Assembly: GCA_040386535.1 (NCBI GenBank)
Contig: JAZKFH010000022.1
Location: 51,247-83,246, forward strand
Origin: Myxococcota bacterium
GTDB lineage: Bacteria; Myxococcota_A; UBA796; SXON01
Direction of reading: 5' to 3'
Length of the DNA: 32,000 nucleotides
Part shown: positions 23,901 through 31,318 of the stretch, in pieces
Layout of the letters: each line of letters begins with the position of its first letter
Position numbering within the stretch: the first letter of the stretch is position 1
Made by a program: the position numbers and the translations under genes
The notes under the pieces: generated by a model
Told to the model about the DNA's origin: nothing
The model's database searches: none
The model's input: only the letters and a program-made list of their open reading frames with translations

Positions 23901-25385
23901 CGGCGGCGCCTCGCCAATGACCGCGAGCGCCGCAACCACCCGGTCCAGCGCGGAGGCCACCTCGTTGAAGTCCCGACGCGCCGTCTCGGCCCCGGCGATG
24001 GTCCGGCGGGACTCGGCGAGCGCGTCGTCGAGCTTCCCGACGCCCGCCCGCTTCTCGCGGAGGAGCGTCTCGAAGGCCGCTCGATGCCGCGCAGGCTCGC
24101 CGAGGCGCTCGATCAAGGCGGCGTGCCGTTCGACAGCCTCCGCGTACAGCCCCGCTCGTCGGGACAGCTCGGCCCACGCAGTCCGCGAATTCGAGAGCGC
24201 CAGGGAGAGCGCATCCCGCTCGGCCACGGTGGCGTCCCGGGCGCCTCGAGCCGCCTCGAGGGCCTCCATCGTCCTGGCCTCGTGGTCCCTGGCATGCGCC
24301 CACCTCTCCCGACGCTCGGCCCGCGTCGTCTCGGCTTGCCGACGTTGCTTCGTGGCCGTTGCCGCCTGCTCGATCTTCTCTCGCCACTCCCCTGACCGCT
24401 TCGCCCCGTCCTGCGCCGCGAGCTCCGCGTCTTCCGTACGTGACACCTCAGCACGGCTCGCCTCCAGGCGCTCCGTCACGCGCTGCGTGTGTTGAAGCGC
24501 ATCTTCCTGGCGGGTGCGCGCCGCTTCGAGGGCGAGCGCCTGCTCCTCCGACCGCACGCGTGCCGCGTGCACGGCCCGCGTGAACATCGTCTCCGCGGAC
24601 CGGTAGACCTCGGTGATCTCCTTCTGCGCGAGCCCCGACTCCTCCACCTCGCGGCGCGTCACCTGGCACGCGGCCAGGTTGTCGCGCATCGCCCGCAGGC
24701 TCTCCGCGAGGTTGGAGTCCTCGCGGAGGACGAAGTCGCGGAGGCCCCCGGAGAGGGTGCGGGAGATGCCGCCGATCATGCTGGTGCGGAGCATGTCGTT
24801 GAAGCGGGTGCGCTCCTCGTCCGTGTCGAGCCGCAGCGGGGTGAGCCCCAGCTCGAACAGCTCCCGGAAGTACTGCCGGGGCTCGAGCCAGCGGAGCGTC
24901 CCACCCGCGCGTGCCACGCGCTGCGCGAGGCGTGTCTTGTCCAGCAGCCGGTCGACCGTCCGGTCATCCTCTTGGCGGATGTCGAGCAGAACATCCTGGA
25001 GGCGCACGTTTTCCGCGAGCCCTCGTACGAGGAAGGGCTCGAGCTCGACCACGGGCTCGTTCTTCCGGTCGATCTTCACGCCCGCGAGGATCCGCTCGTC
25101 TCGCCCGTAGCGCAGATCGAGGACGGTGAACGAGGGCCAGCCCTCTCGCCCGAGGCGGCCGTAGATGCCACGATCGCCCTTCGTCGCCTCGTGCTCCCCG
25201 AGGTTGGTGAACCGGAGCTTCCCAATCTCGGGGAACAACGCCACGTACGCCGCGATCATCACCGTCGTCTTGCCCGCGCCGTTCGCTCCCTCGAGCGCGG
25301 TTACAGCGCGGTCGAATTGGTAGCGCTCGTAGAAAACGCCTTTCCAATTCACCAGGGCGAGGGCTTCGATGCGCGCGCGGCTCAT
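20970..25385 (-). CDS. jetC: Wadjet JetC (MksB/MukB-like SMC ATPase), 1471 aa
   Basis: The N-terminal head is LVNWKGVFYERYQFDRAVTALEGANGAGKTTVMIAAY (Walker A at about nt 25262-25294). A very long Ala/Arg/Glu-rich coiled-coil middle follows. The signature-like motif is RMSTGEAIGVGAALMMVVL. Walker B is IRFLFLDEANRLS. The ATG at 25385 overlaps the jetB stop (ATGA). Confidence 0.9.
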   Translation of the reverse strand: MSRARIEALALVNWKGVFYERYQFDRAVTALEGANGAGKTTVMIAAYVALFPEIGKLRFTNLGEHEATKGDRGIYGRLGREGWPSFTVLDLRYGRDERILAGVKIDRKNEPVVELEPFLVRGLAENVRLQDVLLDIRQEDDRTVDRLLDKTRLAQRVARAGGTLRWLEPRQYFRELFELGLTPLRLDTDEERTRFNDMLRTSMIGGISRTLSGGLRDFVLREDSNLAESLRAMRDNLAACQVTRREVEESGLAQKEITEVYRSAETMFTRAVHAARVRSEEQALALEAARTRQEDALQHTQRVTERLEASRAEVSRTEDAELAAQDGAKRSGEWREKIEQAATATKQRRQAETTRAERRERWAHARDHEARTMEALEAARGARDATVAERDALSLALSNSRTAWAELSRRAGLYAEAVERHAALIERLGEPARHRAAFETLLREKRAGVGKLDDALAESRRTIAGAETARRDFNEVASALDRVVAALAVIGEAPPGPVAPTDAMDRGQATDALLRELRRAVGEREELGKRLRVATQRADQQRVLRERLDALGLEVASAGELVGAANQAKEERDVRVATLAEQKQRHEAAQARLVAVRARLVELDAELPRWRAIQALGREIAECVGGLPADVAGLTTLEARLQTEEHRLRAASEAAAALARTHTAEADRLASSEGGLAADLVEACEVVDGELVVRRFDEVALEDAATTEALLGPLRKGILVRDPVEAAARLVAHGDLPEEVWLVSSVADVLPGDRHAPGVVVHEGGAVRVSRNPVQPVLGAEARRRRVAELREGAGAATGDSLRLARDANAAGDSAATLRKLASEAARWLAPDPSLELERGRRDAAVAASVVEDAAQAHTAAVAAHASAATRDARLSKLVPDAHLLDAGDAAAERDAVKARLERVLRVAPALERCHEAAATLVRRLSVLQVVPPSVAEVIGLRARLASLEAARDREDADARALDWLVSNGDALAWVDAPEQLRSAETGEQSLRDAHTSATGRAVLAEAAWTEAETASSNARLRVGSTRNDLEAAEQHVVRLEQMLAALGVGEPDARAVEAAREAVTASTEAHHAAKGRANEAREGRTRAEIALETAAQAEAEAKDALGKAEVQAKPAQDAWVALGAEIEARSLAAGIFAEPVMEAVRDSASIQLSQLARQAQEVLRAHLKHAAHAGTLITLMEGGHGDDLRWEHYVRTWLGVRAWVRERVPPNVSESDDPVKALSDLGRHLVALRGTLMRQEDQLKGSSATVANHIGQSLRRATTLISRLSGELEAVHFGSIRRVDVQARRRPEMNKLLDALRGEQAQGALFQPGVTLENALAAIYQRETGGRIAGDRLLDYREYLDLSVRVQREGSTEWEPANATRMSTGEAIGVGAALMMVVLTAWERRETLGRAARKHGSIRFLFLDEANRLSQDNLKTLFELCDNLELQLLVAAPEVAQSEGNITYRLVRRLVAGESVVDVSGRRTEA

Positions 25386-26026
25386 TCGCCGTCCTCGTCC
25401 ACGTCCGGCTCGTCGCCGTCCGGGGCGCCTGCCTCGCCCGCGATCAGCTCGCCCAGCGCCGCGCGCTCGTCACCCGCCCCCTTCACCGCCTCGACGAAGC
25501 GGTACAGGGGCTGGCGCAGCTCGATGGCCTCGTCGAGCAGGCGCACGAAGCCCAGCTGCTCCAACGTTCGGAGCGCCGCGTCCACCTCACGCCGCAGGTT
25601 CTGCGCCTCAACCGCCGCGTTGCGATTTCGTTTGGCCACCTTCAGCGTCTTGAGGAGCCGCTCCTCCCCGACCACCTGCTGCAGCGTGTCGATCAGGCGC
25701 GTTCGGTAGACGCGCCGGTCCAGCGCGAAGATCGCCGGGTCCAGGAGCAGCGCGGCCAGCGCCTGGCCCACCAGCATGCACGCGGCAGAGAGCTTGGACT
25801 GCCGCACGGCGGCATTGGGCTTTAGATACACGTACCCGGCCTCGGCACGCACGAGGTCGTAGCCGTACCGATCGTAGAGCCGCTCCAGGAACGGGTATGC
25901 GGAGGTGACGAACGCGAAGGCCTCGCGATCGTCCGTGCAGAGGTGACAGCCCTCTCGGAGGCGCACGTCTACCGAGGGGAACAAGCGGTCATCGATGACT
26001 GCCTCCAGGCTGGCATACACGCTCAT
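25382..26026 (-). CDS. jetB: Wadjet JetB (MksE-like, DUF4194-type) subunit, 214 aa
   Basis: The ATG at 26026 overlaps the jetA stop (ATGA). The product is an acidic small protein (MSVYASLEAVIDDRLF...EAGYVYLKP...DGDEPDVDEDGE) sitting between the kleisin-like and SMC-like genes. The 450-aa ORF-track version adds an Arg/Gly/Ala-rich extension that overlaps jetA out of frame, so I rejected it. Confidence 0.8.
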   Translation of the reverse strand: MSVYASLEAVIDDRLFPSVDVRLREGCHLCTDDREAFAFVTSAYPFLERLYDRYGYDLVRAEAGYVYLKPNAAVRQSKLSAACMLVGQALAALLLDPAIFALDRRVYRTRLIDTLQQVVGEERLLKTLKVAKRNRNAAVEAQNLRREVDAALRTLEQLGFVRLLDEAIELRQPLYRFVEAVKGAGDERAALGELIAGEAGAPDGDEPDVDEDGE

Positions 26027-27297
26027 CGCCTCCCCTCCACGCGCCAATCTTCGACGGTGAGCCCGTCCTTCACGTGTACCCAATCGCGTTCGAGCGGCGT
26101 CTGCACCAGCGCCTTGGTGGCAAGGATCTCGGCCACCCGTCCCGCGTCCCGGAAGCGCGCCTCCACAGGGACCTCGGGCAGCACCTCGCGGAGCACTCCG
26201 GCGAGCGTGGTGGCGCCCGCGTCGACGGCCCGGAGCACCAGGGCTTCGAGCGGCACCGCCGCCGTCGCCGGCACGCGCTCGACCTCCTCCTCCGCGCGAT
26301 GCGTCCGCTCGACGAGGGGCCGGTCCACGACCTGCTCGACCGGGCGGAGCACCCGAATGCGCAGGCGTGGCGCCACGTCGAGCGTCCAGGGGCGATCCGG
26401 CCAGCCCTGGAGCGAATCGCGCAGGCGCTGGGTGAGCGCTCGATCCGGGTCGAGCCGCACCAACGAGCGGAGCGTCTGGAGCATCGCCTGGTAGTAGGCC
26501 GACCACTCGTCGTGCCGCTTCACTGCCCAACCCGAGAGCCGCAAGAGGTCGGCGACCAGCTCTCCCACGGCCCGCTCCGCTCGCCCCGCACCCGCGGACT
26601 GGGCCAGCCCCTCGATGTCGTCGAGGATGGCTTCGAGCCCCTTCTGCTCCTCCAGGATCACGTCGCGGAGCTCCTCCAGCCGCGCGGTCGTCGCCTGCAG
26701 GAGGACCTGCGTCTGCTCCATGGCCTCGAGCCACCGCTCGGTGAGCAGGCGCGCGATGTCAGCACGCACGGCCTCCTGGTCCTCGTCGAGCCCCCGCGTT
26801 CTCCGCTCGATCCCCTCCAACAGCGAGCGCGACGCCACCGTGATCGGCACCACCACCTTCTCGTCCCACTGCTCCGGCGTCGTGGCCGCGCGGGCGTCGT
26901 CACGAACCCGAGTCAGCTGGGCCGCGAGCGTGGCGGTGAGCACCTTCAGGCTCTCCTTCGTGAGCTTCGCGTCCTCCACGAAGAAGTCCACGATGGCGCG
27001 TCCGAGCCCCGAGAGGCTGTACTCGCCTTCGCGGGCGAGGCCACCGAGGCTCACCAGCGTGACGAGGCGCTGCTCCCGCAACCGCTGGAGCCCGTGGGTC
27101 GCGCGCTTTCGCGGGTTGTCGGCCTCGGGAAACTGGTCGTGCACGCTCGTGAGCAGGTCGAGCACGTCCCGCTCAAGGAGCGCTGCCGCGTCGGCCTCGC
27201 GGACGCGGAGGACGAGCAGGCAGCAGAGGTCGGCCGTCGAGAGCGCGATCGACACGTTCTGCGTGCGGAGGCGTGCAAAGTCGCGGTCGATGTCCAT
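26023..27297 (-). CDS. jetA: Wadjet JetA (MksF/MukF-like kleisin, DUF3375-type), 424 aa from ATG 27297
   Basis: This is the first gene of the four-gene operon. The N-terminal winged-helix-like region is MDIDRDFARLRTQNVSIALSTADLCCLLVLRVRE...RATHGLQRLREQRLVTLVS. The start is uncertain. The ORF-track start at 27552 would overlap the divergent + strand gene by 167 nt, and no strong SD precedes 27297. Confidence 0.75.
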   Translation of the reverse strand: MDIDRDFARLRTQNVSIALSTADLCCLLVLRVREADAAALLERDVLDLLTSVHDQFPEADNPRKRATHGLQRLREQRLVTLVSLGGLAREGEYSLSGLGRAIVDFFVEDAKLTKESLKVLTATLAAQLTRVRDDARAATTPEQWDEKVVVPITVASRSLLEGIERRTRGLDEDQEAVRADIARLLTERWLEAMEQTQVLLQATTARLEELRDVILEEQKGLEAILDDIEGLAQSAGAGRAERAVGELVADLLRLSGWAVKRHDEWSAYYQAMLQTLRSLVRLDPDRALTQRLRDSLQGWPDRPWTLDVAPRLRIRVLRPVEQVVDRPLVERTHRAEEEVERVPATAAVPLEALVLRAVDAGATTLAGVLREVLPEVPVEARFRDAGRVAEILATKALVQTPLERDWVHVKDGLTVEDWRVEGRR

Positions 27298-27385
27298 GGG
27301 CGGGGAGACGTACCACGTTCGGGGCGCGAGGCGCGCGCGCTTGCGTCGGCTGACGGGAAGCTGATCGGCTTGCCTGGGCGCAGAG
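27298..27385. promoter_or_regulatory. Divergent intergenic region, presumed promoters for jetABCD and for the 27386 gene
   Basis: This 88-bp gap is the only sizeable non-coding stretch between divergent genes in the window. It contains a self-complementary alternating tract GCGCGCGCGC (about 27329-27340). I could not identify -35/-10 boxes. Confidence 0.3.
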
Positions 27386-28453
27386 ATGGCTCGTGCAGCA
27401 GCGCGTGCTATGTCGCTGACCATGACGAAAGAGCCAGCCGAGGACGACCGCAACGCACGGGCCATCGCGAGACTACTCGCGGACATGCCGGGCATGCATC
27501 CCGCCGAGCACTTCGTGGCGGAGGCCTCGAAGGTGGCTGAGGCAATCTGCAAGACCGTTCTGAGGCGTGAAGGAGTGACATACGACGATCAATGTGGGTT
27601 GCACGCACTCGCGAACCGGCTCAACAGCGTCCCTCCCGCAACCGTCTGCATCGAACGCCATCTGAAGACCATCGCTGCATGGCGGAACATTGCGGCTCAC
27701 GACAAGGGCGAGGTCCACCAGCGTCACCCCGTCGTCGACGATTGGTCGGCGGGCATCGTTGCTCTTTCGTTGTCCGCGCTCGAACATTGGTATTTCGGTG
27801 ACTATCTCCAGCGCCCAGCCCACAGGAGGCTCCCACAGTGGCTCTCGGATGCATTCGCGAGCACGCTTCGCCCGACTGTCGGCGAGGGCGCGGTCGATTC
27901 GAAGCCGTTTGAAAGCGGGTTTCACAACAGCCGGCCGATCCTGGGGCGGCCCGTCGACCGCGTTAAGAACCGGACTGCGTATAAATTGCTGTTCCAAACA
28001 CAAGATTTCAGTGGAGAGGAGCATGCAGTCTGCCGGCCTCTGTTGGCATGGCAGGAGGGGTTGCCCAAGGCCGTGTCGGTGCACGGCAAGCTCGCGGAGA
28101 AATACAGGCAAGACAAAATGATCGCAACGCTCGGCTGCCCGCTCCGTGAGCAGGTACACGTCCGATCGCTCTCCGGCTTCCGCGCCCTCCTCCAGCGTTT
28201 CACCGTCGGCCCTGAGTCGCATCACCGCCGGGGCCTGTACCACCACCTCGAGGGCCCCCATGTCGGTCGAACGTACTTCACGACGGGTGGCATCGGTGTG
28301 GCATACAAGGAACTCGGTGCGGAGAGATCCCAGCTCGGGCTGCCGGTGGCAGATGAACGAGAAACGAAAACCGGGGCCGTGAGCCATTTCGAGTTCGGAG
28401 AGATCCTCTGGGACAAGGAGACAGGCGCGAAGACGGTGGTGCAATACCGTTGA
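27386..28453 (+). CDS. DUF4145/HEPN-like N-terminal helical domain fused to C-terminal LGFP-type repeats (355 aa)
   Basis: The N-terminal domain reads AEASKVAEAICKTVLRREG...LANRLNSVPP...HLKTIAAWRNIAAHDKGE. Its R-x4-H motif has Arg at 27683-27685 and His at 27698-27700. The C-terminal part reads ATLGCPLREQVHV...GIGVAYKELGAERSQLGLPVADERETKTGAVSHFEFGEILWDKETGAKTVV, which matches the LGxP...F.xGxI.W...G pattern of LGFP repeats. The start could also be the ATG at 27410 or 27422. Confidence 0.65.
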   Translation: MARAAARAMSLTMTKEPAEDDRNARAIARLLADMPGMHPAEHFVAEASKVAEAICKTVLRREGVTYDDQCGLHALANRLNSVPPATVCIERHLKTIAAWRNIAAHDKGEVHQRHPVVDDWSAGIVALSLSALEHWYFGDYLQRPAHRRLPQWLSDAFASTLRPTVGEGAVDSKPFESGFHNSRPILGRPVDRVKNRTAYKLLFQTQDFSGEEHAVCRPLLAWQEGLPKAVSVHGKLAEKYRQDKMIATLGCPLREQVHVRSLSGFRALLQRFTVGPESHHRRGLYHHLEGPHVGRTYFTTGGIGVAYKELGAERSQLGLPVADERETKTGAVSHFEFGEILWDKETGAKTVVQYR

Positions 28454-28502
28454 ACCGCCCGCGAGCACTCCTGGGCGAGCGTCCGGCGCCCTTGGCACTC
28501 TT

Positions 28503-29471
28503 CTACCACCGCGCGGAACCGCCCCCGAAGGATACGTGCCACCGCCACCCGTCTCCTGGGGTCTGCGTCGCGATCACGACGCCCTCCGCACCCCAATAGG
28601 TCAGCAAGTGGGTACCGTCCCGAGACACGCACCCGTCCACGTCGGAGAGCGCAGGAGGCAAGGCATGGAGGCGCTCGTGCCGCCAGTTCCCCGTGTTTGC
28701 CCGCGCCCAACGGTGGTGAACGACTCCATCGGACCCTCGGTAGAGTACGTGCTCGTTCTCCGAGGCGTGCCCGACATACGCCGTGGGGGACCCCTCCCCC
28801 CGTTCATCCTCGGCCGAGGTGAGCGCATGGCAGTTCCACTCGCCATCGGGCCGGAGCCACAGTTCGTGGACGTGGCCGTCCGGGCCGCGGAACACGATGT
28901 GATCCGTACGCTCCTCCGGGTGTGGCCATGCGTACACCGCGAGCCGACCCACCGCACGCGCCGACGGTTCAGGCGAGGTCGGCGCCCCTCCGGGGCAGGC
29001 GATGTGGCGGATCGCCCCGCTCGACTGAACCCACGCAACGTGTCTCAGGCCCGGCCACGCCCACACTGCCAAGCCGTCACCGGGCTCGGTGGGAACGCGC
29101 GCGACGTCACGCCAGAAGTCCGAGCCCGCGAAGTTGCCGAGGACCTGGGCGCCTCCGCCGCGGCGGCTGAACACCAACGTCTCCTGGTCTCCTCCATCGC
29201 CGGCGCACCCCGACGGGTCGCCCACGGCGCCGTCGGCGATCGCCCCCGCCCGAATCCATCCCAGGTCGGGGGCGTGGCTGGCCTTGTAGACCAGGCCATC
29301 GGCGCGCCTCCACGCGACGCGCACCCCGCCGGCGAACGTCCAGACCGCGGGCTCACCCACCGCGCCCTCGCCCAGCACGTGCGTGGTGCCGTCGGTCTGG
29401 ACGAGAACGCGTCCGTCTGCATCGCGCAACACGACGTGAACGCACGCATCCGCCAACACACGAGGCGTCAC
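28503..29471 (-). CDS. Beta-propeller-like repeat protein (322 aa), lectin/tectonin-like blades
   Basis: The GTG at 29471 overlaps the AAA+ stop (GTGA). About seven degenerate repeats of ~40-45 aa are visible. The clearest are DHIVFRGPDGHVHELWLRPDGEWNCHALT and EHVLYRGSDGVVHHRWARANTGNWRHERL. Others include VRVAWRRADGLVYKASH and THLLTYWGAEGVVIATQTPGDGWRWHV. No signal peptide is evident. Confidence 0.65.
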   Translation of the reverse strand: MTPRVLADACVHVVLRDADGRVLVQTDGTTHVLGEGAVGEPAVWTFAGGVRVAWRRADGLVYKASHAPDLGWIRAGAIADGAVGDPSGCAGDGGDQETLVFSRRGGGAQVLGNFAGSDFWRDVARVPTEPGDGLAVWAWPGLRHVAWVQSSGAIRHIACPGGAPTSPEPSARAVGRLAVYAWPHPEERTDHIVFRGPDGHVHELWLRPDGEWNCHALTSAEDERGEGSPTAYVGHASENEHVLYRGSDGVVHHRWARANTGNWRHERLHALPPALSDVDGCVSRDGTHLLTYWGAEGVVIATQTPGDGWRWHVSFGGGSARW

Positions 29472-30940
29472 TTCGCCTCCGCGGGGGATGGCTGGCCCTT
29501 CAGGTGGGCGAGCATCCCGCGAATCGCCTGCTCATCCAACGGGCGCTGCAGATTGAGTCCGGCCAGCGCGCGCGCCAGCGCCTCTCTGTCGCGGAGCTCG
29601 AGCTCGAGTGCGCCCCGCAAAATCGCCATGGTCGCCTCGGCCCGGGGGACGTAGTCGCGATCGCCTACCTGCGGGCGGGTTCCGCGCGCAGACGCGATCT
29701 CGCGCGCCAACTGCACGGCACCGGCACGGAGGCCATCCGCGACGATTCCCACCACGTTCCCAGCCACCCGGGCCTGCTCCTCGGGCCGGATGGACGCGCG
29801 CTCCGCGCGCATTGCGAGCGTCTGTTCGAGCGCACGCTGGAAGTCGAGGCGCAGGATGGCGTCCATCGGCCCCCGGAGCGCGGCGCGTCCGAACGCGCTG
29901 CGAAGGACTTCGTCGATCGCGCGCGCACCGAACGGACACCGGGCGTCGCCGCGCACGCGCTCGTGTTCCTCGACGAGCTGGTCCAGGCGGTTGATCCACG
30001 CCGCGTCCGGCTCGGGTTCGACACGCGTGCCGCGCAGGGCGGCGGCCCAGAGCGCCCGGCGCATCAGCGCGTCTGGCGCCGGGAGCGCCACCGTCGCGGG
30101 GAACCGGCTCCGGACCGCGTGGTCGATCGCGTCGGGGAAGTTGGTCGCGAGCACCACGATCCCCTCGTGCGCGTCCAGCTCCTGGAGGAGGTGGTTGCGG
30201 AAGTCGTTCTGCGTCTGGCCCTGCGCTGTGCCGTCCTGTACACGGTGGGAGAAGAGGCTGTCCGCCTCATCAATGAACAGGATGGCGCCGCGACGCCGGG
30301 CCTCGCTGAAGGCGGCGGTCAGGCGCTTCTCCGTCGCGCCGAGATGGCGATCGAGCGCGTCCCCCGCGCGGAGGCGCAACGTAGGACGGCCGAGCCGTCG
30401 ACCGAGGCCGGCACCGAGCGTCGTCTTCCCCGTGCCCGGCGGCCCGACGAGCAGGAGTCGGCCGCGTCGTGCGCGCCCACCGAGGCGTGAACCCAGGATG
30501 CGCTCGGCAAGCTCGGGATCGCGGAGCTGCGCGAGCAGGATCTCCACCGTCTCGCGTACCTGATCCGGCAGGACGAGCTCCTCGAGCGCGCGGTCCGGCG
30601 CGATCTCCTCGAGCTGGTCCTCCGCGGGATTGGCTACCGGGGAGGAACCCAGTGTGTCGGGAGCGACCCGCACGTCGACGGAGCCGACGTGCTCGAGCGC
30701 ATCGAGGAGCCCCGGAAACGTCGCCTCCGCGCGCGACGCAACGAGCGCGTCCTGCACGGCGTGGGCCAGGCGAATGGCGACGCGTTCGTCCGCGCCGCAA
30801 GCGGGGCACCGGAGCGAAGGAGCGCCGTGCACAGTTACGACGACCGACGCCCCATGTTCGATGTGCGTCCCCGCCTGCTTCGTGAGCTCGAAGGGCGTAC
30901 CGCAGCGACAGGTGTCCCTACGCTTGGATCCGAACAACAT
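29468..30940 (-). CDS. AAA+ ATPase (classic AAA clade) with an N-terminal zinc-ribbon-like CxC...CxxC and a ~170-aa C-terminal domain
   Basis: Walker A is LLLVGPPGTGKTTLG (about nt 30425-30445). Walker B is AILFIDEADSLFS. The sensor-1 / Arg-finger region is IVVLATNFPDAIDHAVRSRF. The N-terminus reads DTCRCGTPFE...(31 aa)...LRCPACG (about nt 30797-30910). The ATG at 30940 directly abuts the upstream TAG (30941-30943). Confidence 0.85.
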   Translation of the reverse strand: MLFGSKRRDTCRCGTPFELTKQAGTHIEHGASVVVTVHGAPSLRCPACGADERVAIRLAHAVQDALVASRAEATFPGLLDALEHVGSVDVRVAPDTLGSSPVANPAEDQLEEIAPDRALEELVLPDQVRETVEILLAQLRDPELAERILGSRLGGRARRGRLLLVGPPGTGKTTLGAGLGRRLGRPTLRLRAGDALDRHLGATEKRLTAAFSEARRRGAILFIDEADSLFSHRVQDGTAQGQTQNDFRNHLLQELDAHEGIVVLATNFPDAIDHAVRSRFPATVALPAPDALMRRALWAAALRGTRVEPEPDAAWINRLDQLVEEHERVRGDARCPFGARAIDEVLRSAFGRAALRGPMDAILRLDFQRALEQTLAMRAERASIRPEEQARVAGNVVGIVADGLRAGAVQLAREIASARGTRPQVGDRDYVPRAEATMAILRGALELELRDREALARALAGLNLQRPLDEQAIRGMLAHLKGQPSPAEAK

Positions 30941-31318
30941 CTAAGCCTCCAGCCCGACGGTCAGGTTGTTGCGCGGCGCGCGCTGGGCGGTGGACTCGCC
31001 CAGGTGCGCGGCGAGCTGCTCGATCAGGGCGTTCAGCACCGCTGCCTGCACGCCGAGACGGTCGGTCACCCACCGGCGGAGCTGGTCCTCGGCGCGGTCG
31101 AGGAGGGCGCGGATGACCGGCCCCAGGAGGTCTTCAGCCGCGGCCACGGTTGCCTCGACCCCCGCCTCGAAAGCGTCACAGGTGTGCTGCATGGCGTCCC
31201 CGATCCCGAGCTTGCGACCAACCCACTCAACACCAGCGCGGACCGCGCCCCAAAGCTTCCGGGCGACCGACTTGGCGGCGCCCCGCGCCTTCGAAACCAG
31301 CTTGCTGAACAGACCCAT
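30941..31318 (-). CDS. Small hypothetical protein (125 aa) with an N-terminal cationic amphipathic helix
   Basis: ATG 31318 is preceded by a consensus SD, GGAGG (complement of 31324-31328), with 5-nt spacing. The ORF-track TTG at 31330 overlaps that SD. The N-terminus is MGLFSKLVSKARGAAKSVARKLWGAV. Third-position G+C by hand count is 34/42 over 31193..31318, which supports this frame. Confidence 0.65.
   Translation of the reverse strand: MGLFSKLVSKARGAAKSVARKLWGAVRAGVEWVGRKLGIGDAMQHTCDAFEAGVEATVAAAEDLLGPVIRALLDRAEDQLRRWVTDRLGVQAAVLNALIEQLAAHLGESTAQRAPRNNLTVGLEA

Noticed and set aside
20949-24395. 1148-aa ORF on the plus strand, with the nested 537-aa (21850..23463) and 337-aa (23482..24495) ORFs
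   Set aside because: All are antisense to jetC, which has unambiguous SMC head motifs. Their products are Arg/Ser/Ala/Pro-rich low-complexity strings.
26027-26734. N-terminal 236-aa extension of the jetB ORF (the 450-aa ORF-track version)
   Set aside because: The extension is an Arg/Gly/Ala-rich string that overlaps jetA out of frame. ATG 26026 gives a typical ~214-aa JetB and an ATGA overlap with the jetA stop.
27329-27340. Alternating GCGCGCGCGC tract in the jetA divergent promoter region as an operator or Z-DNA element
   Set aside because: It is self-complementary simply because it alternates, the flanks do not extend the palindrome, and such tracts are common in high-GC DNA. It is noted in the feature but not promoted to a finding.
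26074-27540. 488-aa plus-strand ORF opposite jetA
   Set aside because: It is antisense to the kleisin-like first gene of a complete jetABCD operon. The translation is low-complexity.
28454-28502. Possible bidirectional terminator between the convergent 27386 gene and the propeller gene
   Set aside because: I could only find imperfect short complementarity (CGCCCGCGAGC...GCGAGCG) and no T-tract. This is not enough to support a feature.
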